Shown piece by piece: positions 60,951 to 64,000 of a DNA stretch of 64,000 nucleotides. Location of the stretch: the NCBI RefSeq assembly GCF_038025025.1, contig NW_027117339.1, positions 930,001 through 994,000 on the forward strand. The letters run 5' to 3'. Position numbers and translations under genes: made by a program. The notes below the pieces were generated by a model. The model was not told the DNA's origin. It made no database searches and worked only from the letters and a program-made list of their open reading frames with translations. This DNA is from Phyllosticta citribraziliensis. Taxonomy: Eukaryota. How positions within the stretch are numbered: position 1 is the stretch's first letter; every line of letters begins with the position of its first letter.

Positions 60951-61952
60951 ATGGCGGACAAGTCCCAATTCGAGCGGGGTACGCGCTTGAAAGCATGAAG
61001 TACCAATTCACGTACTGACTTCTCCGCAGGCCATCAGCCTCCTGTTTCGCACCAGGACCCTCCTGGTCGCCAATCCGACATGAAAGGCCCGCCGCCTGCG
61101 AGCGAGTACCTCCCGACCGAAGATGGCGGCTACCAGCTTTACAAGGCCGCCGGAAAGTTCGAAGGCAAAAAGGCGCTAATCACTGGTGGCGATAGTGGTA
61201 TCGGGCGCGCAACCGCCATACTCTATGCCATGGAAGGGGCCGAGAGCACCATTGTCTATCTGCCCGAAGAGGAGAAGGATGCCCAGGAGACCAAGAAATT
61301 GGTCGAGAAGTATGGCAACAAGTGCCATCTGTTCGCCACGGATCTCAGAGACAAGAAGAACTGTAAGGCGGCGGTCGACAAGGCTCTGGAGTGGATGGGC
61401 AGGATCAACATCCTCGTCAACAACGCCGCTTACCAGATGATGATCAACGATATCAACGAGCTGTCAGAGTAAGTCGCAAGCCGCAGTCTCACCTGAGACA
61501 AAATCCTGACCAGTGATCGCAGGGAGCAGTGGGAGAACACCTTCAACGTGAACATCCACCCGTACTTCTACATCGCCAAGTACACTCTGCCGCAGATGAA
61601 GGCGGGCGACTCCATCATCAACAACGCTTCTGTCAACGCGTACATTGGTCGACCGGACCTTCTCGACTACACATCCACAAAGGGTGCCATCGTCGCCTTC
61701 ACCCGCGGACTCTCCAATCAGTACGTTGGCCGAGGTATTCGTGTCAACGCAGTAGCGCCGGGCCCTGTTTGGACTCCCCTAATTCCAGCGACGATGAACG
61801 ACGAGGCTCAGAAGCAGTTCACTTCTCCCATGGGTCGTCCGAGCCAACCCAGCGAGATTGCAACATGCTTTGTCTTTCTAGCAAGTCTGGATAGTGCTTC
61901 CATATCCGGGCAGACCTTGCATCCCAATGGTGGCGTGGTCGTCAATGGCTAG
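60951..61952 (+). CDS. Short-chain dehydrogenase/reductase (YghA/general stress protein-like)
   Basis: ALITGGDSGIGRA, LVNNAA, YTSTKGAI and VNAVAPGPVWTPLI motifs. Two introns. Confidence 0.92.
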
Positions 61953-62272
61953 AGTTGATTGCATTGATCGGGCGTTCGACTTTTTTCTTCTCGCAACAGG
62001 AAGCCGGCAGACTCACGATCCGTGAACGAGGGAATGGCGGTTATGTAGAACATAGCGAATAGATGATTTGAGAAACCAGTTCGTGTATTGTGATGAAGTC
62101 CAGATGACTGAGATAAGTTCGCGACGGGAGGTTCCCGTCGTGTTGGATCTGTCACGTGCACGCTATCCCTTTTTGGTATCCGACAGGTGGCCGGCATGGA
62201 CCACCCGTGCTGCTCCAACTCCATAGTCCCTCAGCATCCAGCTCCCCAGCGAGAACACCACGCCAGCTTCCA

Positions 62273-63196
62273 ATGGCTCGATCGAGATCACAAATGTCGA
62301 GCTTCAGCTCGCTGCTCGCTTTCCTCGCCCTGGCGGCTTGGATTGTCCCGGCAAAAGCTCTCTACCTCTACATGGAAGGAAATGGCCAAAAGTGCTTCTT
62401 CGAGGATCTGCCCAGCGACACCATGGTTGTTGGTGAGTACGCCGCGCCCGGCTTGACATTCCTGCCTATTCTCCTCTTCCAAACATCTGTCAAGCCCGAG
62501 AGATTGCGCGCTGCTACCTCGACGCGCCCAAGGTTACACCCAGCTAACCCGAAGCTTTCCAGGCCACTACAACATGGAGCACTGGGACCACACCGCACGC
62601 GCCTACGCTCCTGACCCCAACATCCAAACGTACATCAGCGTGGAGGAGACTTTCGACAACGACCACCGGATCGTGTCGCAGCGCAGCGCGGCCAAGGGGC
62701 GCTTCACCTTCTCGGCGGCCGACAGCGGCGAGCACCGCATCTGTCTGTCGCCCATCGGCGCTCAGGCTACGGCTGGAGGCGTGTTTGGTGGCCAGTCCGC
62801 AGGCAGCATCCGCCTGACCATCGACATGGCGATTGGCGCCACCAGCCAGATTGAGAGCAACGACAAGGGCAAGATGCAGGATTTGCAGCAGAAGGTGCGC
62901 GATTTGAACGCGCGGTTGCAGGATATTCGCCGCGAGCAGGTCTTCCAGAGGGTAAGTAGGGACACGACGTTCCGTCAAACACCCCTGGACAGCATATCGG
63001 AGGTTTGGAAGCTTTGAGGGGCTAACATAGCTGTGTTTGTCTCTAGGAACGCGAAGCTGAATTCAGAGATCAATCCGAGTCGACGAACGCCAAGGTCGTG
63101 CGCTGGACGCTGATCCAGGTCGCGGTGCTGGGCGTGACTTGCGCGTGGCAGCTGTCGCATCTGCGGGCCTTCTTCATCAAGCAGAAGCTTACTTAG
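62273..63196 (+). CDS. p24/Emp24/gp25L GOLD-domain cargo receptor (alpha/Erp1-like)
   Basis: Signal peptide, [24 protein letters not shown], coiled coil, TM and FFIKQKLT* (FF plus dilysine-type signal). Confidence 0.92.
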
Positions 63197-64000
63197 TTTG
63201 CCCATTTCTTGTCGGAGGGGTCAGACGAAGAATACGAGTTAATTCTGTTTCCACTATGGTCAGCGTAGTTGCGTTGACACTCGGACATCAATACCTAGCA
63301 TGCGTGGGGGCGTTGGAAGATGGATTCAAAATGACAAGGGATTCTGCTCTGCACTGACTGACTGTGTGAGAAGAGGCGTTATAAACTGTGCTCTGGTACT
63401 CTCCTCTGCGGTACACGTACGCGAATGAATGCTCCCAAAGCGCACGCGGACCTCATCCTGCCATTTCGCTGCTATTTCGCGGCGCAAGGGAAAGAAAAGA
63501 ACGCCGAAAGAGGGGAGCATTCGACGGCAGAGTAGCGAAAATCGACCTGGCTCAGGCGAAGAGTATCGAAGGACATCGTTGACGAACGAGGAGCATTCGA
63601 CCGCGTGACTGAACATCCAACATCGACCAGAGGCATAGATTACCCACACGTCTTGGATATTTGCTCTATCTTTTCGCGGGTTTCCATTCTGAAATTGAAG
63701 CCATCATCAATATACACTGACATGTCAAACTTTCAACAGGACTTCCAGCTATCTTCTCTACGTTTTAGGGATGTTTTTCAAGACAGATGACGACCTCTGT
63801 ATTGCATCAAGGCAGACAAACAAGGCAGAAATTGAATCTTCGCATCGACAAAAAAGATAGGCGTGGCGCAATGTCCCAGCGTCTCCCGTCGCGCTCAGCG
63901 GCAAGGCAGCACCTAGTGATTTACGCGCCGGCGGCCCGCGCCGCGCTGCCGCAACTCTCTGCAGCCAATCGCGACGGCTGAGGAAAGGGATCCTGTTTGG

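Noticed and set aside
1..64000. CRISPR arrays, tRNA/rRNA genes, intact transposons
   Set aside because: None recognisable by eye. Repeats are simple microsatellites, and there is no AT-rich RIP-like block.

Overview
Intron-containing, GC-rich genomic DNA from a filamentous ascomycete (Pezizomycotina-like). The evidence is GT-AG introns with CTRAC branch points and recognisable fungal orthologues; I cannot name the species. The first ~16 kb is almost gene-free and rich in microsatellites, with only an Ecl1-family gene. The rest is a dense block of housekeeping genes: SKI8/REC14, mitochondrial bL32, septin CDC10, guanylate kinase, a single-TM protein, IKI3/ELP1, MTR4, STS1/cut8, a conserved hypothetical, a family-16 methyltransferase, ornithine decarboxylase, ATG5, a hypothetical, RAD52, KEX1, endosulfine, SFM1, a small basic protein, an SDR and a p24 protein. 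Two non-obvious features stand out. (1) An ORF-less ~1.8 kb minus-strand region (38.7-40.5 kb) whose two ends pair colinearly over ~400 nt, with G-U pairs favouring the minus strand. It contains a CUAACCC motif abutting a helix, a double U-tract pseudoknot-like element and multibranch junctions, making it a candidate large structured ncRNA, best hypothesis telomerase RNA. (2) A UUG-initiated 79-codon uORF ending Pro-Pro-stop in the ODC leader, resembling the polyamine-responsive upstream conserved coding regions. All helices and splice sites were read by eye, not computed.
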